Below, in pieces: positions 1-10,018 of a stretch of 34,514 nt of DNA. The translations under genes and the position numbers were made by a program. The notes below the pieces were generated by a model. That model saw only the letters and a program-made list of their open reading frames with translations, had not been told where the DNA came from and did not search any database. Every line of letters begins with the position of its first letter. Position 1 is the stretch's first letter. Source of the stretch: Myxococcota bacterium (lineage in GTDB: Bacteria; UBA10199; JACPAL01; GCA-016699445); NCBI GenBank assembly GCA_052033505.1, contig JBPOJN010000056.1:1-34514 (forward strand). The letters run 5' to 3'.

Positions 1-308
1 GTCCAAATTAGCGAGGCTCGAGAAATTTGGCATAGGGAAGGGATTGTTCGGATGGTTCAAGATCACAGGTGCGGCCGGGTCGGTAATGTCGAGCACGGAC
101 AAATGCGTCGAGGTAAACTCGAAGGCGTTGTTGGAATTGATGACGTAGGCTTTTTGGCCCGCGGTATCGACTGCGATTTCGATCGGTGCCGCGAGATCCG
201 TGGGCGTGATGTCCTTGAAGAGGACGCCTTTGTCGCATTGGCTTCCCATCAGGGGAAGGGCCAAGAGCGACAAAGTCAACAAGCCTACATGCTTTGATCG
301 AAATTTCA

Positions 309-309
<1 letters not shown>
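1..309 (-). CDS. Partial (3'-truncated by window edge) putative lipoprotein, possibly with a YVTN-type beta-propeller repeat
   Basis: Reverse strand is open from ATG at 309..307 to position 1 (103 codons: MKFRSKHVGLLTLSLLALPLMGSQCDKG...KAYVINSNNAFEFTSTHLSVLDITDP...). N-terminus has a signal peptide and a Cys. The start ATG overlaps the ppdK stop (TAATG). Absent from the ORF track because it has no in-window stop. Confidence 0.5.
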
Positions 310-2968
<2,659 letters not shown>

Positions 2969-2972
<4 letters not shown>

Positions 2973-4318
2973 GGGTTCAGTCTCTCCGAAATGTAGGTCG
3001 CCAGCTGATCCAGGGCCACACGTTCCTGCTGCATCGTGTCCCTGTGTCTGACGGTCACTTTTTGATCCTGCTCGGATTCGAAATCGTAGGTCACGCCGAA
3101 GGGGGTGCCGATCTCGTCGTGGCGGCGGTAGCGTTTTCCGATGCTGCCGACCTCGTCGTAATCGGTCGCGAAATGTTTGCGTAGTTCTTTTTCCAATTTA
3201 TGGACGGGTTCGGCCAATTTTTTCGAAAGCGGATAGAGGGCCGCGGTGAACGGAGCCATTTTCGGGTGGAGTTTGAGTACCACTCGCTTTTCGGTCTCGC
3301 CTTGTTCGGCCGTCGGGGCGTCCTCTTCGTGATAGGCGTCGATTAATAAGATCAGAAACGTACGATCCACGCCCGCCGAACATTCGACGACGCCGGGGAC
3401 GAATTTTTCTTTCTTTTCCTCATCAAAGACCGAGAGATCCTTGCCCGAAACCTTGCTGTGCTGGGTTAGGTCGTAATCACCGCGGTCGGCGATGCCTTCG
3501 AGCTCGCCCCATTTCCAGGGGAACTTGTACTCGATGTCGGTGCAACCGCGCGCATAGTGGGCGAGTTCGTCTTTTTCATGGGGGCGGAGGCGCAAGTTTT
3601 CGGCGCGGATGCCGATGTCGCGGAACCAACGCAATCTTTCCTGGACCCAAGACTCGTACCACTGCGTGCTCTCATGCAAACGTACGAAAAATTCCATTTC
3701 CATCTGTTCGAACTCGCGCGAGCGGAAGATGAAATTCTTCGGCGTGATTTCGTTGCGGAAGCTCTTTCCGATCTGGGCGATGCCGAAGGGGATCTTGAGC
3801 CGGCTGGTCGTTTGGACGTTTTTGAATTCCGTGAAAATCGACTGGCAGGTTTCGGGCCTCAAATAAGCGGTCGCGTTCTCGCCTTCGACGGGACCGACGA
3901 AGGTCTTGAACATGAGGTTAAACTGACGCACGTCGGTCAAATCGCCTTCGCCTTTTTTTTCGACGGCGCAGGTTTTGACCGACAGCGAGGGCTTTTTCAG
4001 ACACGGGATTTCGTCGATCTGGTCAGCGCGGAAACGGCCTTTGCAGACTTTGCAGTCGACCATGGGGTCGGAGAAATGCGCCACGTGTCCGGAGGCGACC
4101 CAGGTCTGCGGATGGGCGATGATAGACGTGTCGACGCCGACGACGTCGTCGCGGTTCTGGACCACGTCGCGCCACCAGGAATCTTTGACTTTTTTCTTAA
4201 GTTCGACACCGACCGGTCCGTAGTCCCAAAAGCCCGTAATACCACCGTAAATCTCGCTCGAAGGGAAAATAAAACCGCGTCTTTTGGCCAGCGAAACGAC
4301 TTTGTCCATGAGATCCAT
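2969..4318 (-). CDS. glyQS: Glycine--tRNA ligase (single-chain, class II dimeric type)
   Basis: 449-aa ORF. N-terminus ...VVSLAKRRGFIFPSSEIYGGITGFWDYGPVGVELKKKV matches the GlyRS N-terminus. Class II motifs are present. Its stop overlaps the ppdK start by 4 nt (ATGA). Confidence 0.9.
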
Positions 4319-4366
4319 AAGGACGTTGCGACTAGCGCGGGATATCCGACCAGGTCAATTCTTTAA

Positions 4367-5608
4367 TTGCTTTCTCGGCGCCGGATTTTTATCTTCCGCC
4401 GCATGGGGGATGGCCGCTTTCGAGTGCATCGCATTTTACGAGTCATCTCTCTCTTTCTTTTGGTTTTTTCGGCCTCTTGCGGCGGTTGTTTTTCCGGAAA
4501 AGACCCGAAAAAAAGCACTAAGGGCAAAGATCCGAGCCTTTTTAAAACCGGCAAACAAAAAATCCAACGCGGCGTGGTCTCGGTCACTACGATGAAGGTG
4601 GTTTTCCGCGACGCCCCCTTGTCGACGACGGCCTCAGGGAAGGCGGATGCCTCCGAACGTTCCCAAATCAAGTCTCCGGTGGAGGCCAAGGTGCAGAAAG
4701 TCTTGGTGGAGGAAGGATCCTTCGTCCAATCCGGGGATACTTTGATTTCGTTCGACGGAGAAGCGACCGCGCTTAAGCTCAGTCTTGCACGCGCCACCCA
4801 GAAAGAGGCCGAAGTTGCGATCGGTCTCATCGAATCGGGAGTTTCCCTGCCGACCGAAGGGCGTACTCCGCCGGAGTCTCCAGAATCCCCAGACTCTAAC
4901 GACGAGACGGACACGATCGCAACTCTCGCGCCGCCGCCCAAGAATCAGCTGGAATTTTTTCAGGCCCAGCTGGAGAAATCTAAGGCCGAGATCGAACTCT
5001 ACGAGAATGTGGCCCAGGAAGAGAAGAAGATCGATAGCCCCTTTGCCGGTATGATTACGCGTAAAGACGTCGTGGACGGTGCCGCCGTCGCTCAAGACCA
5101 GGTACTTTTTGAAATCGCGCGCTTGGATCCCATGGCGTTTGTTTTTACCGCGCCCTTGGAGTTCGTGCCTTATCTGGATCACGGTGCGGATGTGTTGGTG
5201 AGTTTCGATGAATTGCCGGGGCAGGCGTTCGGAAAAATATCCGCCACCGCGGAATCCAAAGGATCGGGAGGTTCCCAAGTCAAAATTAAACTGTCGAATC
5301 CGGACTTGAGCATCCGTCAGGATATGGTGGGCACGGTGCGTATCGATGTCTCCGAACGCCGCCGCGTCGCGACGATCCCCGAGGGGGCGCTGGTGCGCGC
5401 ACCGCGCGCGTCGTTTGTGTTCCTGGCCGAGCCGACCGAAGACGGGAAGGGCATGCGCGCGAAGAAAGCCTCCGTCGAGGCCCTGGAAGCGGCGAGCGGG
5501 TCGGTGCCGGTCGTGAAAGGACTCACGGAAGGCGACGTCATTATCTCTTCGGCCGAAGGCGGCGTAGATTCTTTGAGCGATTTAAGTTTAATCGAGGTAT
5601 CACCGTGA
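4367..5608 (+). CDS. Membrane-fusion protein (HlyD/RND-adaptor family periplasmic adaptor), probable lipoprotein
   Basis: Biotin-lipoyl-like hairpin (IKSPVEAKVQKVLVEEGSFVQSGDTLISFD), a coiled-coil stretch, and a beta-barrel domain (SPFAGMITRKDVVDGAAVAQDQVLFEIARLDP). Signal peptide/lipobox-like LLVFSASCGG. The more likely start is ATG 4403 (MGDGRF...). Confidence 0.7.
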   Translation: MLSRRRIFIFRRMGDGRFRVHRILRVISLFLLVFSASCGGCFSGKDPKKSTKGKDPSLFKTGKQKIQRGVVSVTTMKVVFRDAPLSTTASGKADASERSQIKSPVEAKVQKVLVEEGSFVQSGDTLISFDGEATALKLSLARATQKEAEVAIGLIESGVSLPTEGRTPPESPESPDSNDETDTIATLAPPPKNQLEFFQAQLEKSKAEIELYENVAQEEKKIDSPFAGMITRKDVVDGAAVAQDQVLFEIARLDPMAFVFTAPLEFVPYLDHGADVLVSFDELPGQAFGKISATAESKGSGGSQVKIKLSNPDLSIRQDMVGTVRIDVSERRRVATIPEGALVRAPRASFVFLAEPTEDGKGMRAKKASVEALEAASGSVPVVKGLTEGDVIISSAEGGVDSLSDLSLIEVSP

Positions 5609-6312
5609 AAAATTGGCTTACGTTTGTTTTGTTCTTACTTCTTCTTGCGCCGGCGAACGCGTTTGCGGACTGGAAAAATTTAGCGCCAGGCTTGGATTAT
5701 CAGTCGTGGGCGTCGCCCGTGGCCCATGCGTTCCGCATCGACCTCGATCACTACCGCCTCGATCTTTTAACGGGACGGGATTTTCAAGGGCCGCATACCG
5801 CGCAGGAATTCCGGCAGGCGTCTAAGGCGCTACTGACCGTGAACGGCGGCTTTTTTGACGAAAGTTTCCGTCCCCTCGGACTCATCCAACGCCGCGGCAA
5901 GACCGAACAGTCTTTGCGTGATACGGGTTGGGGCGTTTTTCAAATCACAGGCGGCGATTTTCCGGCGGCTTCGATCAAACACCGAAAAGATTTCCGCAGC
6001 TCCGGCGTCGATCTCGCGCTTCAGGTCGGTCCGCGTTTGGTCGTCGACGGCAAGATCCAAAAATTCCAAGAGAACGGCCCTCATCGCCGCTCCGCGGTGG
6101 GAGTGACCTCCGAAGGTAGAGTGATTCTGGCGGTTTCGGAAACAGCGATCGATCTCGCAGTCTGGGCTAAACTCCTGCAACCGGAATGCGTCCAGGCGCT
6201 CAATCTTGACGGCGGTGGTTCCACCCAGCTTTCGGTCCGCACGCAAAAACTTTCACTCGACGTCTTAGGCTTTACGTCCGTTGCGAATGCTTTGGGGGTT
6301 TTCGCGAAATAG
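5605..6312 (+). CDS. Secreted phosphodiester glycosidase family protein (DUF2233/NAGPA-like)
   Basis: Signal peptide MKNWLTFVLFLLLLAPANAFA. Motifs LTVNGGFFDESFRPLGLIQRRGK and NLDGGGSTQL are typical of DUF2233. The ATGA overlap with the upstream adaptor gene suggests translational coupling. Confidence 0.6.
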   Translation: MKNWLTFVLFLLLLAPANAFADWKNLAPGLDYQSWASPVAHAFRIDLDHYRLDLLTGRDFQGPHTAQEFRQASKALLTVNGGFFDESFRPLGLIQRRGKTEQSLRDTGWGVFQITGGDFPAASIKHRKDFRSSGVDLALQVGPRLVVDGKIQKFQENGPHRRSAVGVTSEGRVILAVSETAIDLAVWAKLLQPECVQALNLDGGGSTQLSVRTQKLSLDVLGFTSVANALGVFAK

Positions 6313-6336
6313 TTCTGGAACTTTTCAAACCGGCCG

Positions 6337-6360
6337 CTTACGAAAAAAATAAGACGAATG
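6337..6360 (+). promoter_or_regulatory. Conserved upstream motif copy 1: CTTACGAAAAAAATAAGACGAATG, 32 nt upstream of the 6369 start
   Basis: Near-identical to CTTACGAAAAAAGACGAAAGC at 6990-7010 upstream of the next gene. Confidence 0.35.
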
Positions 6361-6368
6361 GATTTGAT

Positions 6369-6917
6369 ATGGGGGATGTATGTCGCGAAATTCTTCTTTC
6401 GCCGCAAATAGCAGGTCTCGCCGAACGATTAACCTTTCTTATCTCCGGTCTTATGAGAGGCATCTCGGCGTCCATGCCCGATGCGTTGTCTTCGGCCTCG
6501 ACTAAGACCGCGGTTGGCGTCTTAAAAAATCTCCATCTTGCATTTTCTCAGGCCTTAGGAAGCGTGACAGACTCGCACGGGAATGCCCGGATTATTTTGG
6601 CGGACGGGCTTGAGATTTTAAATCGATTGCAGGGGGCAATGGATCTTTTCGAAGAGAGGGTCATTTACGACATTATAAAAACCGATTGGAAGGAAGGCCT
6701 TCAGGCGCTTTTCCGTCAGAGTCGTTTTGAACTGTCCGTCGATCAGTTGGATTCGTGTGTGTCCGAATTGAAATCCCATCATCTCCCTGAGGAGCCATTG
6801 CATCGGATCGCGAGCCTGCTTCGCGATACCCGAGAATCGATAGACCAAATCAAAAGTGTGCTCGTAGGCGGCGGCGCGAAAACTCCGCGTGGCGTGCGGG
6901 TTCCCAGCTTGGGATAG
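6369..6917 (+). CDS. Hypothetical protein (182 aa, predicted all-helical, no recognisable domain)
   Basis: Long ORF with AT-richer codon usage than the flanks. Preceded by the CTTACGAAAAAA...AGACGAA motif that also precedes the next gene. Confidence 0.45.
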   Translation: MGDVCREILLSPQIAGLAERLTFLISGLMRGISASMPDALSSASTKTAVGVLKNLHLAFSQALGSVTDSHGNARIILADGLEILNRLQGAMDLFEERVIYDIIKTDWKEGLQALFRQSRFELSVDQLDSCVSELKSHHLPEEPLHRIASLLRDTRESIDQIKSVLVGGGAKTPRGVRVPSLG

Positions 6918-6989
6918 GCGTTGAAGGTTAATTTTTTATCCAAAATTCTGAATAAAATTAAATATTTGTAGAGTTTTTTCGCGCAACCC

Positions 6990-7010
6990 CTTACGAAAAA
7001 AGACGAAAGC
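6990..7010 (+). promoter_or_regulatory. Conserved upstream motif copy 2: CTTACGAAAAAAGACGAAAGC, about 45-60 nt upstream of the histidine-kinase gene
   Basis: Shares CTTACG + A-run + AGACGAA with copy 1, differing by a 3-nt indel. Sits in an AT-rich 117-nt intergenic region. Confidence 0.35.
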
Positions 7011-7052
7011 AGAGCCAATCCAATGTTGTGATTTTTGTGGGGAGGTAGCTCT

Positions 7053-8450
7053 ATGGGGGATCAGTTTCGTTTAGTGGCGGCCCAATTAGGTGGGCTCAAG
7101 ACTCAGCTGGCACAAGGCGTGGATGCTCGCGTCGTTCATGATTCGTATTGCAGAATATCGCAGGCAAATCCCAATTTAAAAGACTTGGCCAGCGCGCCGC
7201 TTTCGGAGCTTGATGACGCCGGCGCGGTTGGGCGTCTTCTCGATACTGCGATAGAACGCGTTCAACGAAATATTGATACGTATCAGCCTCCACGGACTAC
7301 AACCCCGACGCTGTCTATGTTGCGATGTATAAAAAGTGATCTCTCCCAACCCCGCACCCCACCCCAACCCCCTGCGCGTGCTGCTATCGGCACGCCCTTG
7401 TCGATGAGACCCTTTCACTCGAAAGCCTTAGCCGCCGCAGAACAGTTCGGCCGCATGATTCATGCGATGCGAAGCCACGTGACCGCCGGCAAGATCAAGG
7501 CCGGATGCCTCGCAGAGGATATAAAACAGGAACCCGATTTCATCGGCAAAGAACAATTCTTGAGCGCAGTGGATGACATCCTCGCTCGTATCGAAGACCT
7601 TTCGGCGGCTTTAGTGTCATTCGCGCGGACGGCAAGAAATGACGTGAAGTATTCGGAGTGGCAGATAGTCTGCGCCGACGCCCTGGAGAAGTGTGATTTT
7701 TCGGGCATCATCGTAGGCTTGACCGCGTCGTATGAGGCTTTTTTCTCGGCGAAGGATACGTATCAAGGCGCTTCGGTCGAGACCCACGAAAAAGCCGCGG
7801 CCATGAAGTGGCTGCACGAAGTGTCGAAATACGTACGCAAGATCAAGGGGATCGTGCATGACGTGCCATCCCCGCTCGAATCTTTCCAACCTGTGAACGT
7901 GAAAGCTCTCATCCACGATTACCTCGCCGACATTCCGCATGGTTTCGGCGTCGATATTGAACTCTCCGGTCTTTGCGAAGGACTCGTCACAGGTCCGGAG
8001 ATTGAAGTGTCCGAGGTGCTCTTGATCTTTCTTATGAACGCCTGCGAAGAAATGCGCGACGGTCCAGGTAAAAAGCTCACCCTCGAAATGCGGACGGTCT
8101 TCGGACCCGGCGACATGCCGCAAAATTCTTCACTCCACGCGGGAAAGCCCGTTCAACGCCAGTATCTGGCCCTCACGATCAAGGACTGCGGCAAGGGCAT
8201 AGACTCCAGGATCCTCCGGGGTATCATTCAAGGCCACCAAGACGCCGATCGTCTCAGTACCAAGAATTCGACGGGACTGGGATTGAGGACAGCGATCCAA
8301 CTCGTCGAGCGCCGTCGGGAAGCCTTTTTCCTCACGACGGGAGCCGAGGGTACGACGGTGGAAGTTTGGTTCTGCGAAGTCTTGGAGGACAAACCGACGC
8401 CCGTCTTCGGGGTGCCTCGAGTCGGAGCTAAATCCACGATCGTGGGCTGA
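7053..8450 (+). CDS. Soluble sensor histidine kinase-like protein (HisKA-like H-box + HATPase_c/GHKL), no transmembrane segment
   Basis: H-box-like IVHDVPSPL (nt 7851-7877). GHKL N-box LIFLMNACEEM, G1 DCGKGID (nt 8184-8204), G2 GLGLRTA. Start placed at ATG 7053, preceded by GGGGAGG (7039-7045) at 7-nt spacing. The ORF track's 7035 start is a TTG. Confidence 0.7.
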   Translation: MGDQFRLVAAQLGGLKTQLAQGVDARVVHDSYCRISQANPNLKDLASAPLSELDDAGAVGRLLDTAIERVQRNIDTYQPPRTTTPTLSMLRCIKSDLSQPRTPPQPPARAAIGTPLSMRPFHSKALAAAEQFGRMIHAMRSHVTAGKIKAGCLAEDIKQEPDFIGKEQFLSAVDDILARIEDLSAALVSFARTARNDVKYSEWQIVCADALEKCDFSGIIVGLTASYEAFFSAKDTYQGASVETHEKAAAMKWLHEVSKYVRKIKGIVHDVPSPLESFQPVNVKALIHDYLADIPHGFGVDIELSGLCEGLVTGPEIEVSEVLLIFLMNACEEMRDGPGKKLTLEMRTVFGPGDMPQNSSLHAGKPVQRQYLALTIKDCGKGIDSRILRGIIQGHQDADRLSTKNSTGLGLRTAIQLVERRREAFFLTTGAEGTTVEVWFCEVLEDKPTPVFGVPRVGAKSTIVG

Positions 8451-8502
8451 AGTCCATTCTCTCGTTTAAAAGGAATCGATCCTGCTCGCAGCGGAGATTT
8501 TT

Positions 8503-9924
8503 ATGTCTCGTTCTTTAGCCTACAAACTGGTTGCGCTGAGCCGTTATTTGGACGTTGAGGGTCCCTCGCTGTTTGCGAAAGCAATCTTAAGCCGTTTGTG
8601 CCTGCCATCTCAGTTCGAGCCAAAGGACGCTAAAGATTCCACCGCACGTAATATTTTCGACCCTCATGCCCTTCATGCCGAGGTCAAACGCTCTCTGCAA
8701 AGTCTGGTTGATAGTTTCCAGTCTGGGGATCCGGTACACGCCATGCTTCAACGCCGCCTGTTAGGAAGCGACGTACCTAATGTCTCTCAAATTTATCATC
8801 GCCCATCGGCTCGATTGGCGATGGGTACCCCAGCCCAGTCCCTCATACCTTTGAGCGTGGAATCCGTCGAGGGACAGCGGCAGGTCGACGAAGAAAAAAA
8901 GGAAGAAAAAAAATATGCGATCACCGCGGTCCACGGATATTTTCATGACGTTCGAAATATTATGAGCGTGGCCTTGAGTGCGGCCGGTTTTCTTTTGATC
9001 CAGCTCGAACGCGAGGATTACTTCGTCAATCAAGCGGAGATATGCGGCCACTTGAGATTTTTCTCGCTCTTTTTGACCGATCTTAAACATAAAATGATTT
9101 TTCTCTCGTACACATTGGATCGGGTCAGCGGGCATTATGAGGATTCCGACTGGCGGCAGGAATGTCTACAGGATTTCAGCAATCAGGCTTTTATTGCGGA
9201 AACGATCGAGCCTCTCCGGGAATCCAGCCGTCTGATCTCGGATCTCATCGGAGATTATATGGCGGAGGACGACGATAATTTTAACGATTACATCCGGAGT
9301 TCCGCATGGATCGATCGTATCGAGCAATACCTGGAGGCCACGAAGTTCGTTTTAATAGGTGGCCGGGAGCCGGCGCCCGTGGATCTTGGACGCTGTATCG
9401 AAACCGAGGATATTTACAGAATTTTGTCGGATTATAGGGTTTCGCGCGATGGGTCCGTGGGACATTATCGCGGCATCGTCCGTGGTTCCGAAACGGACGT
9501 GGTCAGCATGGTATCGAACCTGGTCCGAAACGCTTGCCAAGCCGTGAAGGATCGGCCGGAAAAGCGCATTCGGATCGATCTGACGGAAATGTATCTCAGC
9601 GAGCGCGATATCTTGGAGTATGTAAACTCGGATTCCCTCTTCATCCATGGACAGCTAGAAATAGGCTCCTACAGAGTGGTTGAGGTTGAAAATAGAGGTA
9701 AGTTTTCGGACCAAAAATGGTCGCGTATGCGTCAGTCCGGAATCAGCACCAAAGGCACGTCGGGGTTGGGCCTGACGTCCCTCATGAACCTGATGGACAA
9801 AAGGCCTGGAGATGCCCTCGTCATCCGCAGAAAAGGGGGCTCCGTGATCACTGAGCTTTATTTGCGCCAATTTCACGGTTCGACGGCCAAGCCTCCTAAG
9901 TTCGGTAAAGTCGTGTCGGGCTAA
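8503..9924 (+). CDS. Soluble sensor histidine kinase-like protein (H-box + HATPase_c/GHKL), second of a tandem pair
   Basis: H-box GYFHDVRNIMSVAL (His codon 8944-8946). GHKL N-box LVRNACQAV, G1 ENRGK, G2 GTSGLGL (9753-9775). RBS GGAG 8493-8496. No transmembrane segment and no receiver domain. Confidence 0.7.
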   Translation: MSRSLAYKLVALSRYLDVEGPSLFAKAILSRLCLPSQFEPKDAKDSTARNIFDPHALHAEVKRSLQSLVDSFQSGDPVHAMLQRRLLGSDVPNVSQIYHRPSARLAMGTPAQSLIPLSVESVEGQRQVDEEKKEEKKYAITAVHGYFHDVRNIMSVALSAAGFLLIQLEREDYFVNQAEICGHLRFFSLFLTDLKHKMIFLSYTLDRVSGHYEDSDWRQECLQDFSNQAFIAETIEPLRESSRLISDLIGDYMAEDDDNFNDYIRSSAWIDRIEQYLEATKFVLIGGREPAPVDLGRCIETEDIYRILSDYRVSRDGSVGHYRGIVRGSETDVVSMVSNLVRNACQAVKDRPEKRIRIDLTEMYLSERDILEYVNSDSLFIHGQLEIGSYRVVEVENRGKFSDQKWSRMRQSGISTKGTSGLGLTSLMNLMDKRPGDALVIRRKGGSVITELYLRQFHGSTAKPPKFGKVVSG

Positions 9925-9956
9925 ACTCTCTTTGATTTTGAAAGTTTTCACCGATC

Positions 9957-9973
9957 GAAAATTTAAAATTTTC
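9957..9973. promoter_or_regulatory. Perfect 17-bp palindrome GAAAATTTAAAATTTTC in the intergenic region upstream of the 623-aa gene (candidate operator)
   Basis: 8-bp arms GAAAATTT / AAATTTTC around a central A. Followed by a TATAAAA -10-like element at 9984-9990. Confidence 0.35.
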
Positions 9974-9999
9974 AAATAAACGCTATAAAAGCAGCAACT

Positions 10000-10017
10000 T
10001 CGAATCATAACATTCGA
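10000..10017. promoter_or_regulatory. Inverted repeat TCGAAT-N6-ATTCGA immediately abutting the GTG start at 10019 (possible start-site-occluding hairpin or operator)
   Basis: Perfect 6-bp arms with a 6-nt spacer (cataac). No obvious Shine-Dalgarno sequence between it and the start. Confidence 0.3.
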
Positions 10018-10018
10018 T

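Noticed and set aside
8-238. 76-aa minus-strand ORF at the window start
   Set aside because: Different frame from the edge-truncated lipoprotein gene (1..309 minus). That gene continues the ppdK operon with a TAATG junction and has a signal peptide. The 76-aa ORF is Arg/His-rich.
3557-4366. 269-aa plus-strand ORF
   Set aside because: Antisense to the well-supported glyQS gene; no motif.
4363-4941. 192-aa minus-strand ORF overlapping the start of the adaptor gene
   Set aside because: The plus-strand frame carries recognisable membrane-fusion-protein domains and a signal peptide. The minus frame is Arg/Ser/Pro-rich without features.
7035-7052. TTG start for the first kinase gene given by the ORF track
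   Set aside because: ATG 7053 is preceded by a strong GGGGAGG Shine-Dalgarno at optimal spacing. The TTG at 7035 would place that SD inside the coding sequence.
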